64,000 nucleotides of DNA. It comes from Marinicella sp. Its GTDB lineage: Bacteria; Pseudomonadota; Gammaproteobacteria; Xanthomonadales; Marinicellaceae. Below, piece after piece: positions 27,438 to 37,430 of this stretch. Made by a program: the position numbers and the translations under genes. Positions within the stretch are counted from its first letter, which is position 1. The number at the start of each line of letters is the position of its first letter. The DNA is taken from contig OZ246001.1 in assembly GCA_965230295.1 (NCBI GenBank), positions 2,944,001 to 3,008,000 on the forward strand, in the 5' to 3' direction. The notes under the pieces were generated by a model that worked only from the letters and a program-made list of their open reading frames with translations, did no database searches and was not told where the DNA came from.

Positions 27438-30026
27438 ATGAATGAATTATATCGAAAAAAACTACCGGGAACCCAACTTGATTACTTTGACACCCGTGAG
27501 GCAGTTGATGCCATTCAACCAGGTGCCTATGAACAATTGCCGTTCACCTCAAAAGTACTGGCAGAAAATTTGGTGCGACGTTGTCCGCCTGAACATTTAA
27601 CTGCTTCATTGCAGCAAATCATCGAACGCAAGCGAGACCTGGATTTTCCCTGGTTTCCAGCCCGGGTGGTTTGTCATGACATTTTGGGCCAGACTGCTTT
27701 TGTTGATTTGGCCGGTTTGCGTGATGCGATCGCTGAAAAAGGAGGTGATCCGGCACAAATCAATCCAGTGGTGCCGACGCAATTGATTGTGGACCATTCA
27801 TTGGCCGTAGAGCACGCTGGCTTTGAAGAAGATGCTTTCGAGAAAAACCGTGCCATTGAAGACCGTCGTAACAAAGACCGTTTTCGCTTCATCAATTGGT
27901 GTAAAACGGCCTTTAAAAACGTCAATGTGGTGCCACCAGGTAATGGCATCATGCATCAAATCAACCTAGAGCGCATGTCGCCGGTGATTCAAAGCAGGGA
28001 AGGGGTGGCCTTTCCAGACACTTTGGTGGGTACCGATAGCCACACCCCGATGGTGGATGCTTTGGGTGTCATTTCTGTTGGTGTGGGTGGATTGGAAGCC
28101 GAAAGTGTGATGTTGGGGCGCGCTTCATACATGCGCCTACCAGACATCATTGGAGTCGAATTAACGGGGCAAGCCAAACCTGGCATCACCAGTACTGACA
28201 TTGTGTTGGCTTTGACTGAGTTCTTGCGCCATGAAAAAGTGGTTTCCAGTTATTTGGAATTCTATGGTCCTGGTGCCGATGCCATGACATTGGGTGAACG
28301 GGCCACCATTTCTAACATGACGCCTGAATTCGGTGCCACTGCAGCCATGTTTTACATTGATCAACAGACCATTGATTATTTAAGACTCACAGGCCGTGAT
28401 GAAGAACGGGTCAAGTTGGTAGAGACCTATGCCAAGCACACGGGTTTATGGGCTGATGACATGACTGCAGCGAAATATGAACGGGTGTTGACTTTTGACA
28501 TGTCTACGGTGGAACGCAACATAGCCGGCCCGTCCAATCCGCATGCCCGGGTGGCTGTGAAAGATTTGGCGGCCAAAGGCATCACGGGCGATTACCACAG
28601 CGAAGATGGCCTGATGCCAGATGGCGCCTGTATCATTGCGGCCATCACCAGTTGTACCAACACCTCCAACCCGCGCAACATGATTGCCGCAGGTTTGATC
28701 GCCCGCAACGCCAATAAGTTGGGACTGAAACGCAAGCCTTGGGTGAAAACCTCTTTGGCGCCTGGTTCCAAAGCAGTCACCTTGTACCTTGAAGAGTCTG
28801 AATTGTTGCCTGAGTTGGAAGAACTGGGCTTTGGCGTGGTGGCTTATGCCTGTACGTCTTGTAATGGCATGAGTGGTGCCTTAGACCCGGCCATCAAACA
28901 AGAAATCCTGGACCGCAAGTTGTATGCCACAGCCGTGTTATCCGGTAACCGCAATTTTGATGGCCGGATACATCCGCATGCCAGCGAAGCCTTTCTGGCC
29001 TCACCGCCGTTGGTGGTGGCCTATGCGATTGCCGGTTCGATCCGTTTTGACATTGAAAAAGATGTCTTAGGCCTGGATCAGGACGGCAATGAAATCAGGC
29101 TGAAAGACATTTGGCCTTCAGATGAAGAAGTCAATGCTGTGATCGCACAAAGTGTTAAACCCGAACATTTCACCCAAGTGTATGAGCCGATGTTCAACAT
29201 CCAAGACATCATCGCCAAGCACACCCCACCTTTGTATGACTGGGACAGCCGTTCGACTTACATCCAACGCCCACCGTATTGGGAAGGTGCTTTGGCCGGT
29301 GAACGCACCATGCGAGGCATGCGACCGTTGGCGGTTTTGGGTGACAACATCACCACCGATCATTTGTCGCCCTCCAATGCGATTCAGCTGTCCAGTGCCG
29401 CAGGTGCTTACCTGGCCAAGATGGGTTTGCCGGAAGAAGATTTCAATTCTTATGCCACCCACCGTGGTGATCACTTGACTGCACAGCGCGCGACCTTTGC
29501 CAATCCCAAGTTACTCAATGAAATGGTGCGCAATGAAGATGGCAGTGTCCGCCAAGGGTCGTTGGCACGTTTGGAGCCAGAAGGCGAAGTGATGCGCATG
29601 TGGGAAACCATTGAAACTTATATGGAACGCAAACAGCCATTGATCATCATAGCTGGCGCTGATTACGGCCAGGGCTCATCCCGTGACTGGGCTGCCAAAG
29701 GCGTTCGTTTAGCCGGTGTAGAAGTGATTGTGGCCGAAGGCTTTGAGCGCATCCACCGCACCAATTTGATTGGCATGGGTGTGTTGCCACTGGAATTCAC
29801 CAACGGGGAAACCCGCAAAACCTATGCCATTGATGGCACCGAAACTTATGATGTCAAAGGCGACATCAGCCCGGGTTCTGACATGACTGTGGTGATGACC
29901 CGGAAAAACGGTGAACAAGTGCTGATTCCAGTCATATCCAGACTCGATACCGCCGAAGAAGTTTCCATTTACGAAGCCGGTGGTGTGTTACAACGGTTTG
30001 CCAATGATTTTTTGGCAGCCAGTTGA
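27438..30026 (+). CDS. acnD: Fe/S-dependent 2-methylisocitrate dehydratase AcnD
   Basis: YRKKLPGTQLDYFD, RVVCHDILGQTA, AITSCTNTSNPRN, YATHRGDHLTAQRATF. Confidence 0.96.
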   Translation: MNELYRKKLPGTQLDYFDTREAVDAIQPGAYEQLPFTSKVLAENLVRRCPPEHLTASLQQIIERKRDLDFPWFPARVVCHDILGQTAFVDLAGLRDAIAEKGGDPAQINPVVPTQLIVDHSLAVEHAGFEEDAFEKNRAIEDRRNKDRFRFINWCKTAFKNVNVVPPGNGIMHQINLERMSPVIQSREGVAFPDTLVGTDSHTPMVDALGVISVGVGGLEAESVMLGRASYMRLPDIIGVELTGQAKPGITSTDIVLALTEFLRHEKVVSSYLEFYGPGADAMTLGERATISNMTPEFGATAAMFYIDQQTIDYLRLTGRDEERVKLVETYAKHTGLWADDMTAAKYERVLTFDMSTVERNIAGPSNPHARVAVKDLAAKGITGDYHSEDGLMPDGACIIAAITSCTNTSNPRNMIAAGLIARNANKLGLKRKPWVKTSLAPGSKAVTLYLEESELLPELEELGFGVVAYACTSCNGMSGALDPAIKQEILDRKLYATAVLSGNRNFDGRIHPHASEAFLASPPLVVAYAIAGSIRFDIEKDVLGLDQDGNEIRLKDIWPSDEEVNAVIAQSVKPEHFTQVYEPMFNIQDIIAKHTPPLYDWDSRSTYIQRPPYWEGALAGERTMRGMRPLAVLGDNITTDHLSPSNAIQLSSAAGAYLAKMGLPEEDFNSYATHRGDHLTAQRATFANPKLLNEMVRNEDGSVRQGSLARLEPEGEVMRMWETIETYMERKQPLIIIAGADYGQGSSRDWAAKGVRLAGVEVIVAEGFERIHRTNLIGMGVLPLEFTNGETRKTYAIDGTETYDVKGDISPGSDMTVVMTRKNGEQVLIPVISRLDTAEEVSIYEAGGVLQRFANDFLAAS

Positions 30027-30033
30027 TCAATAA

Positions 30034-30492
30034 ATGAAAGAGAAAAATAACTCAGTTTCAATACGATGTCTGTGGTTTTTTGTTTTAATTTTTGGCTTAA
30101 TTGGATGTTCTCAAGTGTATCTTGGGGCTAATCAGTCGATCATTGAAAATTTTGAAATCAATCCAGAGACGGTTCTGTTGGTTGTTCGTATCAAGGATTC
30201 AAGACCAACCGATTATTTTCCATCTGATGTAACAAAAGTCTGTTACGGTGATGACGCTTGTATACCTTGGTCATATTGGTATGTTCACAGTGCTGAAGTT
30301 TTGGAGGTGGTTTATGGTGACTACGCTGGTGAATCAGTCAATTTTGCTATTCTACAACATGCTGATTTCAGTGAAATTGTGAAAGAGGAGTTTTATGTGG
30401 TGTTGAAAGAATTCGCAACTGATGAGGTCAAAAGAAAATTATCAACTGAGTACTTTGTTGAAAACTACAGTTACAACACCACATTTCAATGA
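30034..30492 (+). CDS. Hypothetical lipoprotein
   Basis: FFVLIFGLIGC lipobox; AT-rich; lies between acnD and prpF. Confidence 0.6.
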   Translation: MKEKNNSVSIRCLWFFVLIFGLIGCSQVYLGANQSIIENFEINPETVLLVVRIKDSRPTDYFPSDVTKVCYGDDACIPWSYWYVHSAEVLEVVYGDYAGESVNFAILQHADFSEIVKEEFYVVLKEFATDEVKRKLSTEYFVENYSYNTTFQ

Positions 30493-30524
30493 TTCATTGA
30501 AATGATTTATTAATTGAGAAATTC

Positions 30525-31709
30525 ATGACACACAAACCACAAATTCAAGTCCCTGCCACTTACATGCGGGGTGGTACCTCCAAAGGGGTGTTTTTTAACC
30601 TGACCGATTTACCATCAGCGGCACAAGTGTCTGGAGAGGCCCGTGACCGATTGTTGCTCAGGGTGATTGGCAGTCCGGACCCCTATGGCAAACAAACCGA
30701 TGGCATGGGTGGTGCCACTTCCAGCACCAGCAAGGCGGTGATCCTGTCGAAAAGCGCTGAGCCAGGTCATGATGTGGATTATTTGTTTGGTCAAGTGGCG
30801 ATTGACAAAGCTTTTGTCGACTGGAGTGGTAACTGCGGTAACCTGACCGCGGCCGTTGGTGCTTTCGCCATCAGCAGTGGCCTGGTGGACCCGGCCAAAG
30901 TCCCGGACAATGGCATCGCCGAAATTCAGATTTGGCAGGCCAACATCAATAAAACCATTGTGGCCCATGTGCCGATGACCGATGGACAGGTACAGGAAAC
31001 CGGTGATTTTGAATTAGACGGGGTGACCTTTCCGGCTGCTGAAGTCAAAATCGATTTCATCGATCCGGTCGGTGATGCTGCCATGTTCCCTACGGGTAAT
31101 TTGGTAGACGAGCTGGAAGTCCCAGGCATTGGAACTTTCAAAGCCACCATGATTGCAGCGGGCATCCCAACCATTTTCTTGAATGCCGCCGACATAGGTT
31201 TCAGTGGTAAAGAGCTGCAAGGTGACATCAATGGCGATGAAAAAATTCTGACTATGTTTGAAACCATCCGTGCCCATGGCGCCATAAAAATGGGTCTGAT
31301 CAATACTGTGGCTGAAGCGGCCAGTCGCCAACACACCCCCAAAGTGGCCTTTGTGGCCCCACCTGAAGATTACACTGCATCCAGTGGCAAAGCCATCGCT
31401 ACCAGTGACATCGACTTGAATGTCCGCGCTTTGTCCATGGGTTTGTTGCACCATGCCATGATGGGCACCGCAGCAGTGGCGATTGCCACAGCCGCTGCCA
31501 TACCAGGTACTTTAGTCAACCTGGCAGCTGGTGGCGGTGATCGCGATTCTGTGCGATTTGGTCATCCATCTGGTACTTTGAAAGTGGGGGCATCTGTGAC
31601 ACAAACTGATGGCCAATGGAAAGCCCAAAAAGTCAGCATGAGCCGTTCTGCTCGGGTGTTGATGAAGGGTGAGGTATACGTGCCTGGTGATGTATTGATG
31701 GATGACTGA
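30525..31709 (+). CDS. prpF: 2-methylaconitate cis-trans isomerase PrpF
   Basis: PATYMRGGTSKGVFF, DWSGNCGNL, HHAMMGT, FGHPSGTL. Confidence 0.97.
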   Translation: MTHKPQIQVPATYMRGGTSKGVFFNLTDLPSAAQVSGEARDRLLLRVIGSPDPYGKQTDGMGGATSSTSKAVILSKSAEPGHDVDYLFGQVAIDKAFVDWSGNCGNLTAAVGAFAISSGLVDPAKVPDNGIAEIQIWQANINKTIVAHVPMTDGQVQETGDFELDGVTFPAAEVKIDFIDPVGDAAMFPTGNLVDELEVPGIGTFKATMIAAGIPTIFLNAADIGFSGKELQGDINGDEKILTMFETIRAHGAIKMGLINTVAEAASRQHTPKVAFVAPPEDYTASSGKAIATSDIDLNVRALSMGLLHHAMMGTAAVAIATAAAIPGTLVNLAAGGGDRDSVRFGHPSGTLKVGASVTQTDGQWKAQKVSMSRSARVLMKGEVYVPGDVLMDD

Positions 31710-32193
31710 TTTGCGTAAACTCATAGATGCATACAATGCTGGCCTCAAACAGCCCCAACTATGGGGAGGTGTGCCTATTTGCAAACCCAGGGCCAAGAGT
31801 ATACGTAAAATCAATGAATCACTGAGTGTACAGATTCCAGAATCTATGATTGAATTCGTTGCTAAAAGTAAGCGCAATGACTGGTTGGCCAGTTTAGGTG
31901 ATGATTATGATTCACCTTTTCACATCCTGAAAATCAATCGGTATTGTCGCTCTATTCGACGACGGGTCATCAAAGGTAAGGGCCAGTGGGAGTACGTCTT
32001 TCCCAAACATTTCGTGGCCATCACATTGGGTCATGATGAAGACTATATTTGTCTGGATTTATCTAAATACAACCCCAGCACAGGTGAATATGCGATTCAG
32101 TATTGGGCACCACCGAGGATTTTTGGGGACAAAGTTTATCCAGATTTTCCGGCTTATATGACATCGTGTTTAAAATTTTGGAACAAACTATGA
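31702..32193 (+). CDS. SMI1/KNR4 (SUKH) family protein
   Basis: IRKINESLSVQIPESMIEF, FVAI..GHDEDYICLD, GEYAIQYW and YPDFPAYM pattern. Confidence 0.7.
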   Translation: MTDLRKLIDAYNAGLKQPQLWGGVPICKPRAKSIRKINESLSVQIPESMIEFVAKSKRNDWLASLGDDYDSPFHILKINRYCRSIRRRVIKGKGQWEYVFPKHFVAITLGHDEDYICLDLSKYNPSTGEYAIQYWAPPRIFGDKVYPDFPAYMTSCLKFWNKL

Positions 32194-32268
32194 ATGCTTT
32201 AGATTGCTGGCAAAAGAGCTCGGTGATATTGACCTCTGCGCCAACCAACTCATCATCAAGGCATTGTC

Positions 32269-33045
32269 ATGGTTGAGTTAGTAGTCATTTCACTGGTCGC
32301 CTTGTTGGCCTCACTGCTCACCCTGTTTTCAGGCTTTGGCTTAGGGACTTTGTTGATGCCGGTGGTGGCCTTGTTCTTTCCATTGGAAGTGGCCATTGGT
32401 ATCACTGCCATAGTCCATTTGGCCAACAACCTGTTCAAAGTCGCTTTGTTGGGCAAACACGCGGTGCGTTCGGTGTTGCTGCGGTTTGGCCTGGTGGCTG
32501 TGTTGGCCGCTTTTCTGGGTGCTTGGGTGCTGGGACGGTTGGCGGATTCCAGCCAGGTGTTCACCTTCAATCTGCTCAGTTTTGAGTTTCAAACCACGGG
32601 ATTGAAACTGGTGGTGGGTGGTTTGATCTTGATCTTTGTGTTGTTGGAATTTTCTAAATGGTTTGCCCGCATCAAACTGGGTCCTAAGTTCTTGCCATTG
32701 GGCGGTATGATCAGTGGCTTCTTTGGTGGTTTGTCTGGTCATCAAGGGGCCTTTCGCAGCATGTTTCTACTCAAAGCCGGTTTGACCAAAGAACAGTTTG
32801 TGGCAACCGGTGTGATGGTGGCGGTGATGGTCGATGTCACCAGGATACTGGTCTATGGCAGAGATTTGGCCATTGATTACCAGACCATTGAGTGGGGTTT
32901 GGTGATTACAGCCACACTGTCTGCCTTTGTTGGTGCGTATTTGGGTAAAAAACTGTTGGAGAAAATCACCATCAAAGCGGTTCATGTGGCCGTATCCTTG
33001 TTATTGGTGATCGTGGCAATAGGTTTGATCACGGGTCTGATCTAG
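32269..33045 (+). CDS. TSUP/TauE-SafE family permease
   Basis: LTLFSGFGLGTLLMP and SGFFGGLSGHQGA; multiple TM segments. Confidence 0.85.
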   Translation: MVELVVISLVALLASLLTLFSGFGLGTLLMPVVALFFPLEVAIGITAIVHLANNLFKVALLGKHAVRSVLLRFGLVAVLAAFLGAWVLGRLADSSQVFTFNLLSFEFQTTGLKLVVGGLILIFVLLEFSKWFARIKLGPKFLPLGGMISGFFGGLSGHQGAFRSMFLLKAGLTKEQFVATGVMVAVMVDVTRILVYGRDLAIDYQTIEWGLVITATLSAFVGAYLGKKLLEKITIKAVHVAVSLLLVIVAIGLITGLI

Positions 33046-33950
33046 CTGCTGTAAAGTTCAGCCGCTGCCTGAAATACCAATGAATGCCTTTCGGCCAGGG
33101 CTTTTTTGTCTTGATCGTAACCTCCACCAATGACGGTGGCCACCGGGATGTTGTGTTGTTGGATGGTTTCAAGCACCAGACGTTCCCTTGCTTTGATGCC
33201 AGCAAAACTGACATTGATCAGACCCAAATCATCTTCGGTATAGACATCTACTCCGGCGTCATAAAAGACCAAATCCGGTTGGGCCAGATCCAACACTTTG
33301 AGCAAGGTGTCGTGAACCACTTGTAAATAGGCTTGATCCTCAATGCCTTTCGACAAACCCACATCCAAATCACTGTTTTGTTTGTGGTGAGGGAAATTTT
33401 TTTCGCAATGAATCGAACAAGTGAAAATAGATGGTTCTTGGGCCAAGATTGCGGCGGTACCATCGCCTTGGTGTACATCACAATCAAAAATCAATATGCG
33501 TTCAGCCTTACCTTGTGCAATCAATGCCTTGGCGGCCACTGCCAGGTCGTTAAATACACAATACCCACGGCCGTGGTCATAGAAGGCATGGTGGGTACCG
33601 CCAGCCAGATGACAGGCAATCCCGTGGTTCAAGGCTATGGCCCCGGTCATCAAGGTTCCATTGGGCGATATTTTTGATCTTTTGACCAAGGCTTCACTCC
33701 AAGGTAGGCCCATCTTGCGCATGGCTTTGTCATTGAGTTGGTTGTTGGTGAAGCGATCGATGTAATCACTGTCATGCGCCAATTGCAACACTTCTGGTTT
33801 GATTTGGCCAGGTCGAAACACATTGTGTCCGGTCAACATGCCCATGGCCGTTAAACAAGCATGCAGTTCGTGAAACTTGCTCATGGGAAAGCGGTGATTG
33901 GCAGGAAATCGGTAGGAATAATACGGGCTGTAAATCAGTGGGATGTTCAT
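33042..33950 (-). CDS. Histone deacetylase family protein
   Basis: HRFPMSKF, LAGGTHHA, DCDVHQGDGT, YDAGVD, GGGY. Confidence 0.93.
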   Translation of the reverse strand: MNIPLIYSPYYSYRFPANHRFPMSKFHELHACLTAMGMLTGHNVFRPGQIKPEVLQLAHDSDYIDRFTNNQLNDKAMRKMGLPWSEALVKRSKISPNGTLMTGAIALNHGIACHLAGGTHHAFYDHGRGYCVFNDLAVAAKALIAQGKAERILIFDCDVHQGDGTAAILAQEPSIFTCSIHCEKNFPHHKQNSDLDVGLSKGIEDQAYLQVVHDTLLKVLDLAQPDLVFYDAGVDVYTEDDLGLINVSFAGIKARERLVLETIQQHNIPVATVIGGGYDQDKKALAERHSLVFQAAAELYSS

Positions 33951-33966
33951 GTCGAGTGAGCTGGTC

Positions 33967-34182
33967 TTATGCCATCAGCACAATGCTGTACTGCTCACCA
34001 TTGAACTCAATCACGTCGCCAGACTTGATTTTATTGCGCCGCCGCAATTCCACTTGGCCATTGACCTTGACCATGCCTTCATCAATCACTATTTTGGCCT
34101 CGCCACCGGTACCCACCAAACCCTCGAATTTGAGGATCTTATACAGTTCAACGGGTTCGCGATTGATTTCTATGGTTTGCAT
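33967..34182 (-). CDS. S4-domain RNA-binding protein (YbcJ/YaaA-like)
   Basis: VELYKILKFEG...GGEAK..I.EG.VKVNG..E.RR.NKI..GD; start reassigned to 34182. Confidence 0.88.
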   Translation of the reverse strand: MQTIEINREPVELYKILKFEGLVGTGGEAKIVIDEGMVKVNGQVELRRRNKIKSGDVIEFNGEQYSIVLMA

Positions 34183-34280
34183 GGTAAAGGTGTGGCAGTC
34201 AATAAAGATTCGATTATATGTCTGCTGTTCTGCCGGGGCAACAGTTCTCCACTTTGTCATTCTTTGGCTTTGTGAGTTAA

Positions 34281-35132
34281 CTAAAGCTGATTAATCGGAA
34301 TCCGGATGTACTGTATGCCATTGTCTGCTGCTGGGCCAAAGTCACCCAGACGCATGTTGGTTTGGATCGAAGGCAAAATCAATTTCGGTACCGCCAACAT
34401 TTGATCGCGCTGCTCTCTGATTTCTTGAAATTGAGACAAGCTGGTATTGGCCTGGATCATTTTGTTGTATTGCATTTGTTCGCCCACCGTGATGCAGCTG
34501 GTGGCTTTGCGATTATCCGGGTAGTCATGACACAGGTATAGGATGGTGTCTTCAGGATATTGATACAGCCGCTGAATCGAATTGAACAACTCAGCCGCAC
34601 TGCCGCCAGGAAAATCCACTCGGGCTGTGCCTGTATCCGGGTGGAAGAGGGTGTCACCAACGAACAATGACCCGCCTATCTCATAGGTGGCACAGGCAGG
34701 GGTGTGTCCCGGGGTGTGGATCACTGTGGCGGTTAATTCGCCGATTTTAAATTGTGCACCATCATCGAAAACACAATCAAATTGCGAACCGTCAATGGGG
34801 GTGTCACTGCCGGTATCAAACAAAGGCACCCATTTCCTGAGCACTGATCTGATGCCTGAGCCGATTGCTGTTTGTCCGCCCATGTGCTGTTTGAGGTAAT
34901 GAGCTGCTGAAATGTGGTCTGCATGGATGTGGGTTTCCAATAACCACTGGTTGTTCAAGTCATTATCGCGGATGTATCGGATCACTGCATCAGCACTGTC
35001 GGTTGTGATTTTGGCGGCATCTTGATCATAATCCATAACCGAGTCAATGACTGCACAACAGGACGTATTCGTGTCAACCACCACATGGGTAAAGGTTGAA
35101 GTTAGGTCGTCGTAGAAAGATTGAACGTGCAT
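34281..35132 (-). CDS. MBL-fold persulfide dioxygenase-like protein (Blh/ETHE1 type)
   Basis: LETHIHADH, TPGHTPAC, GDTLF..GTARVDFPGG, CHDY, LILPSIQTN. Confidence 0.88.
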   Translation of the reverse strand: MHVQSFYDDLTSTFTHVVVDTNTSCCAVIDSVMDYDQDAAKITTDSADAVIRYIRDNDLNNQWLLETHIHADHISAAHYLKQHMGGQTAIGSGIRSVLRKWVPLFDTGSDTPIDGSQFDCVFDDGAQFKIGELTATVIHTPGHTPACATYEIGGSLFVGDTLFHPDTGTARVDFPGGSAAELFNSIQRLYQYPEDTILYLCHDYPDNRKATSCITVGEQMQYNKMIQANTSLSQFQEIREQRDQMLAVPKLILPSIQTNMRLGDFGPAADNGIQYIRIPINQL

Positions 35133-35142
35133 GTCTTGGATT

Positions 35143-35718
35143 TTATTCTTGACTGAAATCGTACTGTTTTAATAACTCGTAATCTATGATGATGTCTTCT
35201 TCCTTGATGGAAAATTCACCACTTGGCATCTCTTTGATGTAGCGTTTCAAGGCAGTGATGCCAACCGGAAATGCAATGCGATCCCAGGGTATGTCTTCAG
35301 GTGCAAACAACCTGGCATCGGAGGTTTCAGCACCCGCACCAAAATGATTATGGGCCAATTCTGCGCGGAAATAAACATGGACTTGATTGCGTTGGATGAT
35401 GTTATAAACACCGAATAGAGTGATGTTCTTTAAATCTGCCAGCACCTCTTCTTTGACTTCACGGATCGCACCAGAACGGGTGGCTTCGCCATTTTCCATA
35501 AAGCCGGCAGGTATGTTCCAAAACCCTGATCTGGGTTGAATGGTGCGTTTCCCCAACAAGATTTTGCCTTCATGTTCGACGATACAGGCATTGACCACTT
35601 TGGGGTTCTCATATTGAATGTTGAAACAATGGGTACAGACGGCCCTGGGTTTATCGTCGCCTTCAGGAATCCGGTATTCGGCTTCATGCCCACATAAATT
35701 ACAGAATTTAATGCTCAT
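35143..35718 (-). CDS. Nudix hydrolase with N-terminal zinc ribbon
   Basis: FCNLCG..C..C..YENPK and PAGFMENGE....GAIREVKEE. Confidence 0.9.
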   Translation of the reverse strand: MSIKFCNLCGHEAEYRIPEGDDKPRAVCTHCFNIQYENPKVVNACIVEHEGKILLGKRTIQPRSGFWNIPAGFMENGEATRSGAIREVKEEVLADLKNITLFGVYNIIQRNQVHVYFRAELAHNHFGAGAETSDARLFAPEDIPWDRIAFPVGITALKRYIKEMPSGEFSIKEEDIIIDYELLKQYDFSQE

Positions 35719-35846
35719 CCCGACATTGTACCATTTTAGTGATAATCAGCTTGCTGGTAATTTAATCGGGTGGATGAATAACTTGAGTAATATCAATGTG
35801 ATCTTCTCCATCTTTTAATGTAGAGCGTTAATATTTGCGCTAAAAC

Positions 35847-35875
35847 TTGACAATTGTGGCAAAAATGAATATTTT
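35847..35875 (+). promoter_or_regulatory. Possible sigma70 promoter of the pyrimidine cluster
   Basis: TTGACA -17 bp- TATTTT in an AT-rich intergenic region; weak -10 match. Confidence 0.35.
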
Positions 35876-36059
35876 TATTACCTAGGATTTATTGATTCAT
35901 TGTGCATTTTTTTAAATTCAGGTGCTCAATTTATGACCTAAATCTCATTTTGGAGACAACAGCTTCGAAATCAAATCATTACCAAAAGATTGAATCGTAA
36001 GGTTCAAAACTCTCAATCAATGGTCCTGGCATAACAAACAATAAAAAGAGGACTGAGTT

Positions 36060-37430
36060 ATGGCATTAAAGCCGTGTTTTTCAGCCGATGGAACTCCGCT
36101 TTCTTCGGCTTCTATAGACATCAATTTTTCTGACTTGCACGAACCTTTAGGCAAGCAACAAGCCTTGGCCGAAGCCAACCGGTGTATTTATTGTTACGAC
36201 GCACCCTGCATTCAAGCCTGTCCGACTGGCATTGATATTCCAACATTCATTCACCAAATTCGCAGCCACAATGTCAATGGCTCAGCGGAGACCATTTTGA
36301 GTGCCAACATCCTGGGTGGCACCTGTGCTCGTGTTTGTCCCACCGAAGTTTTGTGTCAGGAAGCCTGTGTTTTGAACAATGAACATGATCACGCCGTAGA
36401 AATCGGCCATTTGCAACGTTATGCGGTTGATCATTTGATGAACACGACCGATCAGCATCCGTTTAAGCGCAACCCTGAAACGGGCAAGTCAATTGCTGTG
36501 GTCGGCGCCGGACCTGCTGGTTTGGCCTGTGCCCATCGGGCCGCTATCCTAGGTCACCAAGTCACCATTTATGAGGCCAAAGCAAGACCTGGTGGCTTGA
36601 ATGAGTATGGATTGGCAGCCTACAAGATGGTCGATGAATTTGCCCAAAGGGAAGTCGAATTTTTACTGGACATCGGTGGCATAGAAATCAAGCACAATCA
36701 GGCATTAGGCAAAGATGTTTCTTTGGCCGAACTCAAACAAAAACATGATGCGGTTTTCATCGGTGTGGGATTGGGTTCGACCCATTCATTGGGTCTGGCC
36801 AATGAGGGAATAACCGGGGTGAGTGATGCGGTCGATTTCATTGCCCAAATCAGACAAGCCAGCAATAAATCATCCGTACAAGTGGGTCAAGATGTGGTGG
36901 TCATTGGTGCTGGGAATACCGCCATTGATGCTGCGGTTCAGGCCAAACGATTGGGCGCTGCCAATGTCACTTTGGTGTATCGTCGTGGTGAAGAGCACAT
37001 GAGTGCCACTGCTTGGGAAGTTAATCTGGCCCGCACCAATGGCGTGAACATCCACTTGTGGGCCGCTCCCAATGCCATCAAGGCCCAATCGATTGATGAT
37101 GTTGATTTTGTCAAAGCGATTGAATTCAACAAAACCAAAATTAAAAATAAAAAACTGGTGAATTCAGGCCAGTCGTACCAATTGAAGGCTGACATGGTTT
37201 TAAAAGCCATTGGGCAGAAACTGAACAATGATGATCTGGTTGGGTTATCCATTGAACGCGGAAAAATAGTGATCAATGAGCAGTACGAAACATCCATAAA
37301 TGGCGTTTACGCAGGCGGTGATGCCATCGCCTCTGGGGAGGATCTAACCGTGCAGGCTGTGGAAGATGGCAAGCTGGCAGCCCATGCCATCGACGCTGCA
37401 TTGAATACCGAGGAGGTGAATCATGGCTGA
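36060..37430 (+). CDS. preT: Dihydropyrimidine dehydrogenase subunit PreT
   Basis: RCIYCYDAPCIQACPT, CARVCP, GAGPAG, GAGNTAIDAA; overlaps preA. Confidence 0.9.
   Translation: MALKPCFSADGTPLSSASIDINFSDLHEPLGKQQALAEANRCIYCYDAPCIQACPTGIDIPTFIHQIRSHNVNGSAETILSANILGGTCARVCPTEVLCQEACVLNNEHDHAVEIGHLQRYAVDHLMNTTDQHPFKRNPETGKSIAVVGAGPAGLACAHRAAILGHQVTIYEAKARPGGLNEYGLAAYKMVDEFAQREVEFLLDIGGIEIKHNQALGKDVSLAELKQKHDAVFIGVGLGSTHSLGLANEGITGVSDAVDFIAQIRQASNKSSVQVGQDVVVIGAGNTAIDAAVQAKRLGAANVTLVYRRGEEHMSATAWEVNLARTNGVNIHLWAAPNAIKAQSIDDVDFVKAIEFNKTKIKNKKLVNSGQSYQLKADMVLKAIGQKLNNDDLVGLSIERGKIVINEQYETSINGVYAGGDAIASGEDLTVQAVEDGKLAAHAIDAALNTEEVNHG

Noticed and set aside
32269-35132. Sulfide oxidation module (TauE plus persulfide dioxygenase)
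   Set aside because: The genes are convergent, separated by unrelated genes, and no SQR or rhodanese is present.
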